In this document: piece by piece, positions 26,323 through 39,411 of the stretch
Numbering within the stretch: the stretch's first letter is position 1
Layout: every line of letters starts with the position of its first letter
Source: Octopus bimaculoides
Taxonomy: Eukaryota
NCBI RefSeq assembly: GCF_001194135.2
Contig: NC_068982.1
Location: 150,976,660-151,040,659 of the forward strand
Direction of reading: 5' to 3'
Length of the DNA: 64,000 nt
Notes under the pieces: model-generated
Database searches by the model: none
What the model saw: only the letters and a program-made list of their open reading frames with translations
Told to the model about the DNA's origin: nothing
Made by a program: the position numbers and the translations under genes

Positions 26323-27084
26323 TAAAATTTTTTTTTTGTCTTTGGTCAGTAAGTGTTATTTCCTATTTGCTTCTATCTAGAAATCAAAGGCAATGCCTAC
26401 TATTCCCTTCAAACTTTGCTATTGTAACCTGGACATCAACGTTATGAAACTGACTATTTTCCCATTTTAGACATATTCAGTGCTGAGTTGCTGAAGCAGA
26501 AATATTATAGCAAATATTCTGCTCAATACTTCAGATTTGCTTGTTAGTTGTTTGGCCTTAATCATTTGAGCATGTCTCTTAGTGGCTGACAATATGTGCA
26601 TCTCTGATCATGAGCAGGAGTAGTAGGGGAACATCGTAGCCATGTGCTGAGAGGGATTCCTTGGGGTTTGAATAAATGTAACAAAAGCAAAGTTTGAGGA
26701 AAATATTAGCCATTTTCATACTTTCTAGGACAAACAAATAAGAAATAACAGTTGTAACACAAGGACAAAAATTGTGTCACACACTGTAATATATATGTTG
26801 TAGGTTAGTAGGGATAAGATAATCCCTCAGGAAGCACTGATACAGATGGTGGATATCTGAAAATCACTAAAGGATGTCTGGTCTATGGAAACCAATGCTT
26901 CGAACAAACAGAAAATCTGTAAGTTTCACTTCCATGTAGAAATAACAAAAACAACAACAACAATATATATGCATATAAATATATATAAGTATATATGTAT
27001 ATACAAATAGGAAGTAACAGTTGTAACCCAAGAACAAAAATCGTATCACACACTGTAATATATATATATATATATATATATATA

Positions 27085-27250
27085 TCATCATCATCATCAT
27101 CATCATCGTTTAACGTCCGCTTTCCATGCTAGCATGGGTTGGACGATTTGACTGAGGACTGGTGAAACCGGATGGCAACACCAGGCTCCAGTCTAATTTG
27201 GCAGAGTTTCTACAGCTGGATGCCCTTCCTAACGCCAACCACTCAGAGAG
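27085..27250 (-). mobile_element. Young RTE tail insertion in a (TA)n tract
   Basis: Flanked by (TA)n on both sides, CpGs intact. Confidence 0.85.
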
Positions 27251-27940
27251 TGTATATATATACATGCACACATGTATATGTACATATATATATATACATA
27301 TACATGCACACATGTATATATACATATATATATGTATGCATGCATCTATTTACCTTTGTCACAACATCAATTATTCATTTCTTAATTTTGTCACGAATTG
27401 GCTGACTGAAAATTCTAAGTTTTATATTCTATCTACTATTAATATGCCATTCCTAACACCAGTGTTGCTGTGCTTTTTTTCAACTCAGTACATCTATCAC
27501 CTCTATTTCAGCACAGATCATAATCCCCTCTTAGTTCTGTAAACATGGTTTTCGTCTTCCGTCTTAAAAACAAACTTAAGTTCACACAAATACCCTTATC
27601 GTCACCTATTCATGCATCGATTTACCTTTGTCACATCGTCAATTATTCATTTCTCTAATTTTGTCACAGACTGGCTGACCGAAAATTCTAAGAGTTTTAA
27701 ATTCTATCTACTATTAATATGCCATTCCTAACACTGGTATTGCTGTTTCGTGGTTCACTCGCTCTCCCAATCCCACCACCAGTACCGGAAATCCTATCCT
27801 CTCCCCACCACAATACCGGAAGTCCTTATTCTCTCACCCCCACCGAATACTGGTCCCCTATCCTTTGACAGCCTTCGGTTGTCTCCAATGAACTGGAAAT
27901 GTGCAGAGAACAACTCCTGTCACATTCCAGGGAGAAAATC

Positions 27941-28160
27941 TAGTGGCTAAGAGCGCAAGCTACTAATCCCAAGATTCCGAGTTCAATTCCAAGCAGTGGC
28001 CTGAACAATAATAATAATAAAAATACCTTAGGAATGAGAACCCAGGTTCGAAATTTCCTCAAGACACCTGAAGAAGGCAGGAGAGTATATCAGCCAAAAC
28101 GTTGTGTTAACAACAAACAAGATGAGGACAAATATCTGTTGAATGTAAATAATGTACAAT
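27941..28160 (+). mobile_element. tRNA-headed non-autonomous element with Penelope-type terminal region
   Basis: A-box tggctaagagcgc, B-box gagttcaattcc, short (AAT)n, then gacacctgaagaaggc...cagccaaaacgttgtgtt. Confidence 0.65.
28063..28108 (+). ncRNA. Degenerate minimal type I hammerhead ribozyme
   Basis: Stem I gacac/gtgtt, core CUGAAGA, stem II ggc(a)g/cagcc, AAAA in place of GAAA, palindromic ACGU stem III, then the cleavage-site base U. Confidence 0.5.
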
Positions 28161-28554
28161 TGTTGTCTGGTGAGAATTGGGATTGACTCTAAATGAGAAG
28201 TGAAGTTATTCTCATAAAACTAAGAATTCTGTAGAACTGGCAAGCAATTAAGGAAAGATAGCTGGTCACTTGTGTCCAGACAATGAGACAGTCTCTTTCA
28301 TCAATAATTAACCTCAACCATTTTCAATGAATTATGAATTCATCTGACTTGGCCCAATATTCCAATCTTTCTGTCTGTGTTAATTTAGGACTTAAATGCT
28401 TCCCTAACAAATGAAAATTAGATAATTGGATACAAACAAAGGAAAGGATTACAATGCACATGAATAAAAATAGAAGTAAAATGAAAGAATAGAGCTTTAC
28501 CAGCAACAGCAGTATAATGCAGAAATTACTTCTTCACCACCAATTTACAAAACT

Positions 28555-29800
28555 TAACTAGGAAGATAGTATTGTGCGTGGCAGATGCACAGGGGCAGTA
28601 AATACCGAAGATGTGCAGAAAAGAGCTTCCATCACATGCCAGGGGGGAAAAACTAGAAGTAGTTGATAGCTTCCATTACCTAGGTGACCAAGTCAGTAGC
28701 AGGGGTGGATGCTCTGAGAGCATGGCTGTTAGGATAAAAATAGTCTGGGCAAAGTTCAGAGAGCTCCTACCTCTGCTGGTAACAAAGGGCCTCTTGCTTA
28801 GAGAGAAAGGTAGACTGTATGATGTATGTATGTATGTGAACAGCCATGCTACACAGCAGTGAAATATGGGCTGTGACTGCTGAGTACATAGGCTTGAAAG
28901 AAATGAAGCTAGTATGCTTCACTGGATGTGTAATGTCAGTGTGCATACATGACAGAGTGTAAGTGCCCTGAGAGAAAAGTTGGNNNNNNNNNNATACATG
29001 ACAGAGTGTAAGTGCCCTGAGAGAAAAGTTGGACATAAGAAGCATCAGATGTGGTGTGCAAGAGAGATGACTGTGCTGGTATGGACATGTGCTGCATATG
29101 GATGAGGACAGCTGTGTGGAGAAGTGTCACACCCTAACAGTGGAGGGAACCTGTGGAAAGGTAGACCCAGGAAAATATGGGATGAGGTAGTGAAGCATGA
29201 CCTTCAAACGTTGAGCCTCACAGAGACTATGACAAGCGACCAAGACCTTCAGAGATATGCTGTGCTCGAGAAGACTCGGCAGGCCAAATGAGATCGTAGC
29301 CATGGCCAATGCATAACTGGCCTAAGTACCCTTCAGTCATTGGGCAACATGCTGTGCTTGAGAAGACCTGTTGAGTAAAGTGACGTCATGGCCGATGCCA
29401 ATGTTGCCTGACCGGCAACCATGCCAGTGGCATGTAAAAAGCACCATTTGAGTGTGGTCAATGCCAGTACTGCCTGACTGGCCCCTGTGTCGGTGGTATG
29501 TAAAACGTACCATCTGACCATGGTTGATGCCAGTGCTGCCTGACTGGCTCCCGTGCCGGTGGCATGTAAAAAGCACTATTCGAGTGTGGTTGATACCAGT
29601 GTTGCCTCACTGGCCTCTGTGCCGGTGGCACATAAAAAGCACCCACTACACTCCCGGAGTGGTTGGCGTTAGGAAAGGCATCCAGCTGTAGAGACCTTGC
29701 CAGATCAGATTGGAGCCTGGTAGAGCCACCTGGCTTGCCAGTACTCAATCAAACCATCCAACCCATGCCAGCATGGAAAGTAGATGTTAAACGATGATGA
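28555..29800 (+). mobile_element. RTE LINE 3' portion with tandem-repeat 3' UTR
   Basis: KLEVVDSFHYLGDQV...AKFRELLPLL, colinear with 22500-23550. About four 65-bp units at 29385-29640. Confidence 0.9.
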
Positions 29801-30688
29801 TAATGATTTTAAACAGCCTTTAAACTTTTTCATTATTTCTTGCATAGGACTGAACAACATTCTCATATATATTTTCTTTGACCTTAGTTTAACATCAAAA
29901 GCAGTTTAACGATGAATTGTTGCCAACTTGTCTAACTCTTTCTAACCATGTTTCAACTGAAATACACTATATATATCTTTCAACTAATTTTGAAAATTAT
30001 CAAGAATACAGGAGAGTTTAGTTAAACAAATAATGTTTTATTCATTATTAAATTTGTATGTGCAACATAACTTGATAAAAAGTTTTGTTTTAAAATTATG
30101 ATAAATTTTAAGTTAGATATGCACACCTTAAAATGAGAAGTTCTGTGTTACAGAATCAGATAAGGTCTCACTCAGGCAGATTGGTATTAAAAAGGTTAAA
30201 TACAAGGTAACGTGTTTAATATATTCTTTATAAGTAGTGTCTTCAAATTATACTGTACATCACACCACTTTGTGCATCTTTACTTTATTAATAAATTTTA
30301 AGTTAGGTTCAAAATTTAGGAACTTGCCATTTATGATTCCCCTAAGAACAATGCAGAATCAAAGTCAATGGCCATTTTGAAAGAATTCAGACTATAAGGA
30401 CCAAAATACAAAAGTACTAATTAAATTTATGAAATAAGACAAAATTCATGTTCTGAGGGAGATGAATTCTGACAGGACTCAATGAATTTTGCTACTTTTT
30501 TTGCCAATGCAAATGTTCACCAATTTCCTTGTAATCTAGTTTTTATTTGTGCATGACTGAACAATCCCTATTTCCATACAATATAGGAATTAATTAATAA
30601 TTATAATTGGTCATTGGCTGAATTTATATTTGAAAGTGTACTTGCCAGGTAAGTGATTTGATTTGAGAAGTTTACAAACTAAAACGAC

Positions 30689-30873
30689 TGCAGCAGGGAA
30701 GACACACATTAACCATTTAAGAACACACAAAGACTGTTAACGTCACTTAAATGATTATTATTTGGTGTCAAAATTTTCATTGCACCATCTGCAACACCAA
30801 ATGATAAATGTTTAAGTGAGGTTAACAGTCTTTGTGTGTTTTTAAATGGGTAAGATGTGTCTTCCATGCTGCA
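30689..30873. repeat. Long inverted repeat: about 80-bp arms, 25-nt loop
   Basis: ggaagacac...tttggtgt pairs with acaccaaat...gtgtcttcc with about 10 mismatches, several of them G-U compatible. Confidence 0.9.
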
Positions 30874-32057
30874 ATTATCTCTTATATTTATTTCAACAAC
30901 AGATATCACATAACTATTACGAGTGCTATCATTTGATATTTAAAAATAAACATGAAATATTATATCTAATTGTTGATATGTATAATTTGACATAAGTAGT
31001 TTTGGGTTTAGATTTTTAAAAAAAATTCTTCTTAAGCAAATATTATAACAGAAGGCAAACATACTCTGATACAGAGGGTATGCAAACAGTATACTGAAAA
31101 CTTTCCAGACTGCAACTTTCTGACAACATTTTAGCAAAAAGTTTTCTTTAGTATAAGAAGAGGTTAACAACAAACTATTACATATATGCCATTCATGTCA
31201 CTAAACAATACATATTCAGTCAATTTCCTGATATATATAGATATCACAGCTAGCAGTCAATCATTCCTTAAAATAAACAGCATAGCTCGTTTCACCTCAC
31301 ACATACACACATTAACAAACACGATGCTCTCTATTCAAAAGTTGCAGCCCTTGGCAAGCTGAAGATCAAGAGAGTAGGTGTCTTCATCATTGAAGTGAAA
31401 TAGCTATGGGCCAGTTCCTAACATATAAAGAAATACTTTTTTGTTTGATGGAACAAAAGAAAATCTTTTTGCTGAATGTGAATTTCTTACACAAAGTCTC
31501 AGGTTTCCTCTAACACTATCATCATAACAATAACAACAACAATAAAAACAAGATTCATTTAAATCAGATTTGACATGTTGGCATTGCTGAAACAAATCAT
31601 CATCATCATCATCATTGCTTTAACATCTACTTTTCCATGCTTGAAAGGATTAGATGAAAGTATGTTGGGGCAGAGTTTTCTATGGTCAGATGCCCTTTCT
31701 ATTGCCAACTCCTAATTGTTTCAAAGTGAGGTAATAGTCTCCCAGTCTGTTAATAACAAACAACCAGACATGTTCATGAGGAGAACTGGAAACAAATGTC
31801 ACCATCAGTGAATGAACACATGTAGATGAGGCAAGTACAATTCACACTAACACATACACAAATATAAGAAACTTGACCAAAGTGTCATGCAGTAAGACTG
31901 AACATAAAACCACATGGTTAGTAAATAGTTTTAATTACACAGCTATGCCTGCACCACCACCCATGGAAAGTATTCCTACATGGTTGTTTGACTAGCTAAA
32001 AGTAGTAGCCAAATCTTCCTAAACCACAGTTGGCTGTAGTTTAAGAGCGATTTATCT

Positions 32058-32385
32058 TCTATCTTTTACTTGTTTCAGTCATTTGACTGTGGTCATGCTG
32101 GGGCACCACCTTGAAGGGTTTTAGTCAAACAAATCGACCCCAGAACTTATTTTTTAAAAAACCTGGTACTTATTCTATTAGTCTCTTTTTGCCAAACCAC
32201 TCAGGTACAGGGACGTAAACAGACCAACATCAGTTGTCAAGCAGTGGTGGGGGACAAACACATAGATATATACATATATATAGATTGGAGCCTGGTGTTG
32301 CCATCGGGTTACACCAGTCCTCAGTCAAATCGTCCAACCCATGCTAGCATGGAAAGCGGACGTTAAACGATGATGATGATGATGA
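32058..32385. mobile_element. SINE family 3 (minus) followed by a young RTE tail (plus, 32283-32385)
   Basis: cttttacttgtttcagtcatttgactg family, also at 33124-33335, 35243-35363, 48118-48290 and 61810-62012. Confidence 0.8.
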
Positions 32386-33123
32386 TATATATATATATAT
32401 ATACATATATATATTTATATATATATATATAAATATAATTAAGGGATCAGCAAATATTTGCTTCACCATATACCGATTCAACTTCCAGGTTTCCCTAACA
32501 TGTTGCATCATAAATGTCTTACACACATTTCAAACAGTATGCCCTTAAGCAGGGAAGGAGAAATCTTTTGTTATCAAGTGAGGCATCAGTTTAGTAAATG
32601 TCTGCTATCAGCTATTGTATTTTCACTACAGCACCTACAGCACTAAGATAACTAATACCGAATATAATGAGCCAGAAAACAAGCTAGAATGGTCTTACTG
32701 ATAAATTTGACACGTTGAAATATCTCTCATAGCATGTGCAAATGAAATGCTACTGGAGAATGAAAGAAGCTACAATTCTGCACAAAGTGATGTCCAAAAT
32801 GAGTAGAAAACTAAGTGTTTTACAAAGTCTTCCAAATACTAATACAAACACCACAAAAACATTTATAATTAATCCTGAATAATACATGAAATCACAGGCA
32901 AAGTAACACTGACAGCAACAGCAATGATAAAAACAGGATGTATTGTTATCTCACCCCACAATATCATGTTTTGTATAGAATATATATAAAATTACACATA
33001 TAAAAATAATTTTTGTAAATACCATCCAAAAATCTAAAATCCTTTTGCAATACAGTCCCAACAACATTGAAAACACCTTTATTCATAAAAATATTCATCA
33101 TTAATCACAACATTCATACACTT

Positions 33124-34450
33124 CACTCTTTTACTTGTTTCAGTCATTTGACTGTGGCCATGCTGGAGCACCGCCTTTAGTCGAGCAAATCGACCCCAGG
33201 ACTTATTCTTTGTAAGCCTAGTACTTATATTCTATCAGTCTCTTTTGCCGAACTGCTAAGTTACAGGGACGTAAACACACCAGCATCGGTTGTCAAGTGA
33301 TGTTGGGGGGACGAACACAGACACACAAACATATACACACACATACATCATCATCATCATCATCGTTTAACGTCCGCTTTCCATGCTAGCATGGGTTGGA
33401 CGATTTGACTGAGGACTGGTGAAACCGGATGGCAACACCAGNNNNNNNNNNNNNNNNNNNNNNNNNNNNNNNNNNNNNNNNNNNNNNNNNNNNNNNNNNN
33501 NNNNNNNNNNNNNNNNNNNNNNNNNNNNNNNNNNNNNNNNNNNNNNNNNNNNNNNNNNNNNNNNNNNNNNNNNNNNNNNNNNNNNNNNNNNNNNNNNNNN
33601 NNNNNNNNNNNNNNNNNNNNNNNNNNNNNNNNNNNNNNNNNNNNNNNNNNNNNNNNNNNNNNNNNNNNNNNNNNNNNNNNNNNNNNNNNNNNNNNNNNNN
33701 NNNNNNNNNNNNNNNNNNNNNNNNNNNNNNNNNNNNNNNNNNNNNNNNNNNNNNNNNNNNNNNNNNNNNNNNNNNNNNNNNNNNNNNNNNNNNNNNNNNN
33801 NNNNNNNNNNNNNNNNNNNNNNNNNNNNNNNNNNNNNNNNNNNNNNNNNNNNNNNNNNNNNNNNNNNNNNNNNNNNNNNNNNNNNNNNNNNNNNNNNNNN
33901 NNNNNNNNNNNNNNNNNNNNNNNNNNNNNNNNNNNNNNNNNNNNNNNNNNNNNNNNNNNNNNNNNNNNNNNNNNNNNNNNNNNNNNNNNNNNNNNNNNNN
34001 NNNNNNNNNNNNNNNNNNNNNNNNNNNNNNNNNNNNNNNNNNNNNNNNNNNNNNNNNNNNNNNNNNNNNNNNNNNNNNNNNNNNNNNNNCATGTAGCATG
34101 GCTGTTCGTACGCATGCGTCATACAGTCTGCCTTTTACTCTGAGTGAGAGTCCCTTTGTCGCCAGCAGGGGTAAGAGCTCTCTAAACTTTGCCCAGGCTA
34201 TTCTTATTCTAGCAGCTACACTTTCAGCGCACCCACCCCCACTACTAACTTGGTCGCCCAGATAGCGGACATATATATATATATATACGGCAGACTTCTT
34301 TCAGTTTCCGTCTACCAAATCCACTCACAAAGCTTTAGTCAGCCCAAGGCTATAGTAGAAGACACTTGCTCAAGGTGCCATGTAGTGGGAATGAACCTAG
34401 AACCATGTGGCTGGTAAGCAAGCTACTTACCACACAGCCACTCCTGCGCC
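33124..34450 (-). mobile_element. SINE family 3, RTE 3' fragment spanning a gap, and SINE family 1
   Basis: Sequence matches to the other copies. RT C-terminal region at 34091-34265. Confidence 0.8.
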
Positions 34451-35211
34451 ATGAAGAAATTATTCTGATAACATTCGTACTTTACTGAAACACTGAAAAC
34501 CAACTCTTCCAAATCAAACCAAAAGTGGACAAGATGACCTTTTTGTAAAAAGGCTGGTTTTACACATAAAACTTGCATTCACAATAGAAATATCAAAACT
34601 GGTGTTCATAAACTAATAGCGAATAATACTAATAATAGTAAATACTACTACACAAGAAATCGCTGCTTTCAAAATAACAAAACTAATAACAGGAAGTACA
34701 TTAGTATGATATACATTCATCATCACCATTTTAAAGTCCACTTTTTTTATGCTTGCATAGGTCAGATGGAATTCACTGAACTGGATGTTCTTTCTGTTGC
34801 AAACCTTTGTCTGTTTCTAAGCAATATAATATTTCCCCATGGCCAGACATATTTCATGGGAGACAAGAAATGAATGACACCATTTGTATGATAGTTAGGC
34901 TTGTTTATAACTATTGCGTAGTGTCAAGATGAGAGGACATACACATACATAGAAATATGATGGGCTTTTTTTTATTTAGTTCCCATCCACCAAATCTACT
35001 CACAAGGCATTGGGTGGTCCAGGACTATAACAGAAGGCACTTAACCATGTGGCTGGGAAGCAAACTTTTCTAATACATAGCCATACCTGACTCTATAAAC
35101 ATCACACACACACACATTAGATTCTCTCATCGTGAATGACAAATGAGGGTTCAGTAAAATAAAGCAGTATATTTATATATATACATGTGTGTGGTGTGTG
35201 TGCATATATAT

Positions 35212-35243
<32 letters not shown>

Positions 35244-35947
35244 CTCTTTACTCTCTTTTTATTTGTTTCTGTCATTTGACTGTGGCCATGCTGGAGCACC
35301 ATCTTTAGTCGAGCGAACCGACCCCAGGACTTATTCTTTGGAAGCCTAGTACTTATTCTATCGNNNNNNNNNNNNNNNNNNNNNNNNNNNNNNNNNNNNN
35401 NNNNNNNNNNNNNNNNNNNNNNNNNNNNNNNNNNNNNNNNNNNNNNNNNNNNNNNNNNNNNNNNNNNNNNNNNNNNNNNNNNNNNNNNNNNNNNNNNNNN
35501 NNNNNNNNNNNNNNNNNNNNNNNNNNNNNNNNNNNNNNNNNNNNNNNNNNNNNNNNNNNNNNNNNNNNNNNNNNNNNNNNNNNNNNNNNNNNNNNNNNNN
35601 NNNNNNNNNNNNNNNNNNNNNNNNNNNNNNNNNNNNNNNNNNNNNNNNNNNNNNNNNNNNNNNNNNNNNNNNNNNNNNNNNNNNNNNNNNNNNNNNNNNN
35701 NNNNNNNNNNNNNNNNNNNNNNNNNNNNNNNNNNNNNNNNNNNNNNNNNNNNNNNNNNNNNNNNNNNNNNNNNNNNNNNNNNNNNNNNNNNNNNNNNNNN
35801 NNNNNNNNNNNNNNNNNNNNNNNNNNNNNNNNNNNNNNNNNNNNNNNNNNNATATATCATCATCATCATCATCATTTAACATCCATTTTCCATGTTGGCA
35901 TGGGTTACATAATTTGACTGGAGCTAGTAAGGCTAGGAGCTGCACTA

Positions 35948-36375
35948 GGCTCCAAAAGTAAGCTTAAATTTATACAATCCATGGTGTGTGTTGATTGTTA
36001 AAAGGTGGGTGCATACTTCCTCTATCTGTAGATAGGCCTCTGAGAGGGCTAACTTTGAGAAAATTTTTCCTCTATTTAATCTTGAGAACACTTCTTCTGG
36101 GCTTAATCTAGTTTAAAAGTCTGCACAGGCTCTTACTTTATCATTTTTTTCTTTATATAAACTGTTGGTGTTGCCCAGTCTGAATGGTTGACATTTTCAA
36201 TTATATCTAAACTTTCTAGTCTTTCCAGCTTTTTACTGATGTGGTCTAATGCCATAAATGGCACGTTCCATTTGGGCCTAAAAACAGGTGTTGCCCTTTT
36301 TTTTTTTACCATGATCCTCACTTTTGTTTTAGTGCAACAGCCTAATCCTTCCAAAAAAACATTTGGAAACAATTT
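35948..36375 (-). mobile_element. Ty3/Gypsy LTR retrotransposon pol (RT) fragment
   Basis: FPNVFLEGLGCCTKTK...PVFRPKWNVPFMALDHISKKLERLESLDIIENVNHSDWATPTVYIKK, then RACADF...KIFSKLALSEAYLQI...INTHHGLYKF. Confidence 0.85.
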
Positions 36376-36829
36376 TGTTTTTCTCAGTTGTTTGACTGAG
36401 GATGTAAACAAACCAACATCAATTTTCAAGTGGTGAGGGGACAAACACAACGTAAAGACACACATGTGATGGTGTTACACATAGTTTTTGTTTACCAAAT
36501 TCACTAGCAAGGCATTGGTTGACCTAGGGCTATAGTAGAAGACACTTGTAAGAAAAACATGAATTTATTTTGTATTTCTTTTTGCATGATTATACAGCCT
36601 TAACAATTGAAACCAGTATCATCTTTTGATAAAAACATACAACACAATATGTAAAATAGTTGATATTAGGACGGGCATCCAGCTGTAGAAACCATGCCAA
36701 AGCAGACATTGAAGCTATACACAGTCCTCTGGCTCATCGGTCTCCTATTGAACCATCCAGCCCAGACTAGTATGGAAAAGGGATGTTAAATGACGATGAT
36801 GATAATCACTCATATTCGTATTTGAGTGA

Positions 36830-37270
36830 TTTTCACTTGGAGTGAATGGAAAATTGTATGATTCTTGTGTACAGAGCTTAAAGCTGCATACTAGTTAGAA
36901 ATGTGCCTTAATCACAGAGAATTTGCAAACACCAGAAAGTAATGAAGTGATCATGCTCTGTTGGATATCTAATATCCATGCATAAAGAAGGAGTAAAAAT
37001 AAGCTGAGAATAAAACTGAACATAAGAGGAATCAGATGTAGCATGCAAGACAGAAGACTGTATAGGTACGGGCAAACATTACATATGAAGAGGGCAGTTG
37101 TATAGAGAAGTACTGTACACTCAAAGTGAGTGGAACCTGTGGAAGAAGGGAGACTGAAGAGGACTAGGAATTAAGTAGTGAAGATACATATGAAGTTGTA
37201 TCTCACAGAGAAGATGAATATTTGATTGGTGACATACTATGCAAGAGAATACCCACCTGCTGATGCAGGT
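36830..37270 (+). mobile_element. Old RTE LINE 3' ORF remnant
   Basis: Decayed match to the C-terminal region of the 21-23 kb copy. Confidence 0.6.
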
Positions 37271-37399
37271 ATACCAAAACAGATATTGAAATTGAGCATA
37301 TGTATATATTTATATGTACATGTTTACATGTGTATGTATCTGTGTGAATATGTGTGTATGTGTGTGTGTATGCCAGTATGGAAAATGGACATTAAATGA

Positions 37400-39100
37400 T
37401 GATATATACATGGTCACTCCCACCAACTACAGTACTTTAACAATCTCATAAACATCATCATTGGCAGTGGCTTCTATGCACCAACACCTCCTGGTTTTCA
37501 AATAGTAACAGATAACAAGAGATGATGTAATATCCTCACCACCAGATTCCTTTTACATCTTAAGCATTCCACACCAACACACTCACATACATCATCAAGT
37601 CGACTTAAATCAACTCTTCCTCAGATACCATCTTCTGCTCTTCACACCAAGCTATCACAACCACTTGGTAAACAATTGCTCAACTGTCTTCAGACCACCT
37701 ACCAATTATCATCTTTACTAATTTGCACATTAATTAAAAAAAAAGCAAAAACACCTTTACAAACTTCAAAAAAGAACAATAGAATGAGTTCCACCAAGAA
37801 ACAGAATCAATGTTTTCAGGATTCCATAACACCACGATTACAAACAGAGACACAGCTGCACATACTTTCAGCAAAATAATTATAGATGTATCTAAAAAAC
37901 ATATCTCAGAAGGCAACATAAAAATATATGATCCCAATTACATTCCAGAAATAGCTAGCATCATAAAAAACAGAGACAAACTCAAATACAATATACCAAA
38001 GCTACATGTAACCAAAATAAACTCAGCATTAAACCAACTAAAGAAAAGGAAATAGCAAATAAAGAAATCAGAGGAAAACAGAAAATATTAAATATTTGAG
38101 TCCACAAAATTAGCAGTCAAACTTTATGTAGAGTAATTAGCAGTAACACTACCTCTAACAGTGACCACACCACACTCTGCCACACTAACAGTCTCAAATA
38201 ATATACTCACTCTGCAATGCTAAACAAACACCAGACATTTCTCAAAATTAAAGCTAAAACCAGACGAAAGAGATAGAACATGAATTGAAAAATATGCACT
38301 TCCACATAGATATTGATTTTGACCTCTTCCTTTCATTAGACATCCAACAAGCGGTAGGGAAATCTAAAAACTTAAACACCTCAGAACCAGACAAAAGTCA
38401 CAAACATGCACCTGAAACACCAAGAACCCGAAGAAATCACTACACTCACCAATATCTATAACAACTCATCCAATACCAGAGGGTGGAAACAGGGCAAGAT
38501 TATTACTAGCAACACTAGAGAACACTAAATACAATCATCTCTCACATTCAACAACATACCACATATAAAACACTACAAGTTACATACCCTTTCTACTTAC
38601 TACATTCATAATACATGTAGAAAACAAAATAATGCACCATCATAGTTAGAGCAATCACAGACACCATACTTATTTTAAAAAAATAATGAAATATTGGTGG
38701 ACAAACAATATATGAGACTTATCATAGATTATCAGTTCTATCAAAGGACCCAGTCCTTATGTAATAAAACAACATTTACAAAGAAAACAAAACAATACAT
38801 GATGCATCATAACAAACTGTACACAAACAATATCTATGGACTACCAGATAATGAGACGAAAATGTTCCAAATGAGAACCCATCTGAGAAGATGGATTTGT
38901 AGGTCATGGCTCATTATTCAACCAACTACCTGCAACTGTTCAATCTAGGCTGACCTGGGACTATATATAACAAGACCAGCAGAAGCATTAGTTACATTTC
39001 AAACTATTAACTACATATAGGAAACTGTCAGGGAAGTTAATGGACTTCACTTCATAGGTACTTCTACTGCTAGCTTTAGTGTTGTATCTATCATGTCAGA
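37400..39100 (+). mobile_element. Decayed Jockey/I-like LINE (endonuclease-RT linker and RT remnant)
   Basis: A/C-rich sense strand. ORF 37810-38055 (DTAAHTFSKIIIDVSKKHISEGNIKIYDPNYIPEIASIIKNRDKL) resembles the APE-RT linker. Confidence 0.55.
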
Positions 39101-39380
39101 GGTTGGATTCATTGTCACCTTGTCAAACAAGATTCTACACCATCTCTGTCTACCCATTGTGTAGACTGAATACACATTGTAAAGTTGTAATCAACTCTCT
39201 TCTCAGATACCAATAAAGTCACTTCTTGAATGATACTGGAATGCTTTATTCCCTGCATCAGTAGTTGATTTTTGAACTTCAGAATGTTTTCAGTGTTGGA
39301 ACATTTTCTGCAACTGTTCACTATGATCTACCTTGAGAATCACATCATCAACAGATAAATATTTTGAAGAATGATCAATC

Positions 39381-39411
<31 letters not shown>

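Noticed and set aside
28944-29033. 39-bp direct repeat around a 10-N gap
   Set aside because: Most likely an unmerged contig overlap (assembly artefact).
29385-29640. CRISPR-like repeat spacing
   Set aside because: The inter-repeat segments are homologous to each other and belong to the RTE 3' UTR. The context is eukaryotic with no cas genes.
33360-35945. Long ORFs of 195-278 aa here, and at 5046-5639 and 57766-58884
   Set aside because: They are open only because they cross N gaps.
39115-39321. 68-aa minus ORF near gene A's start exon
   Set aside because: Lacks usable splice sites and adjoins a LINE relic.
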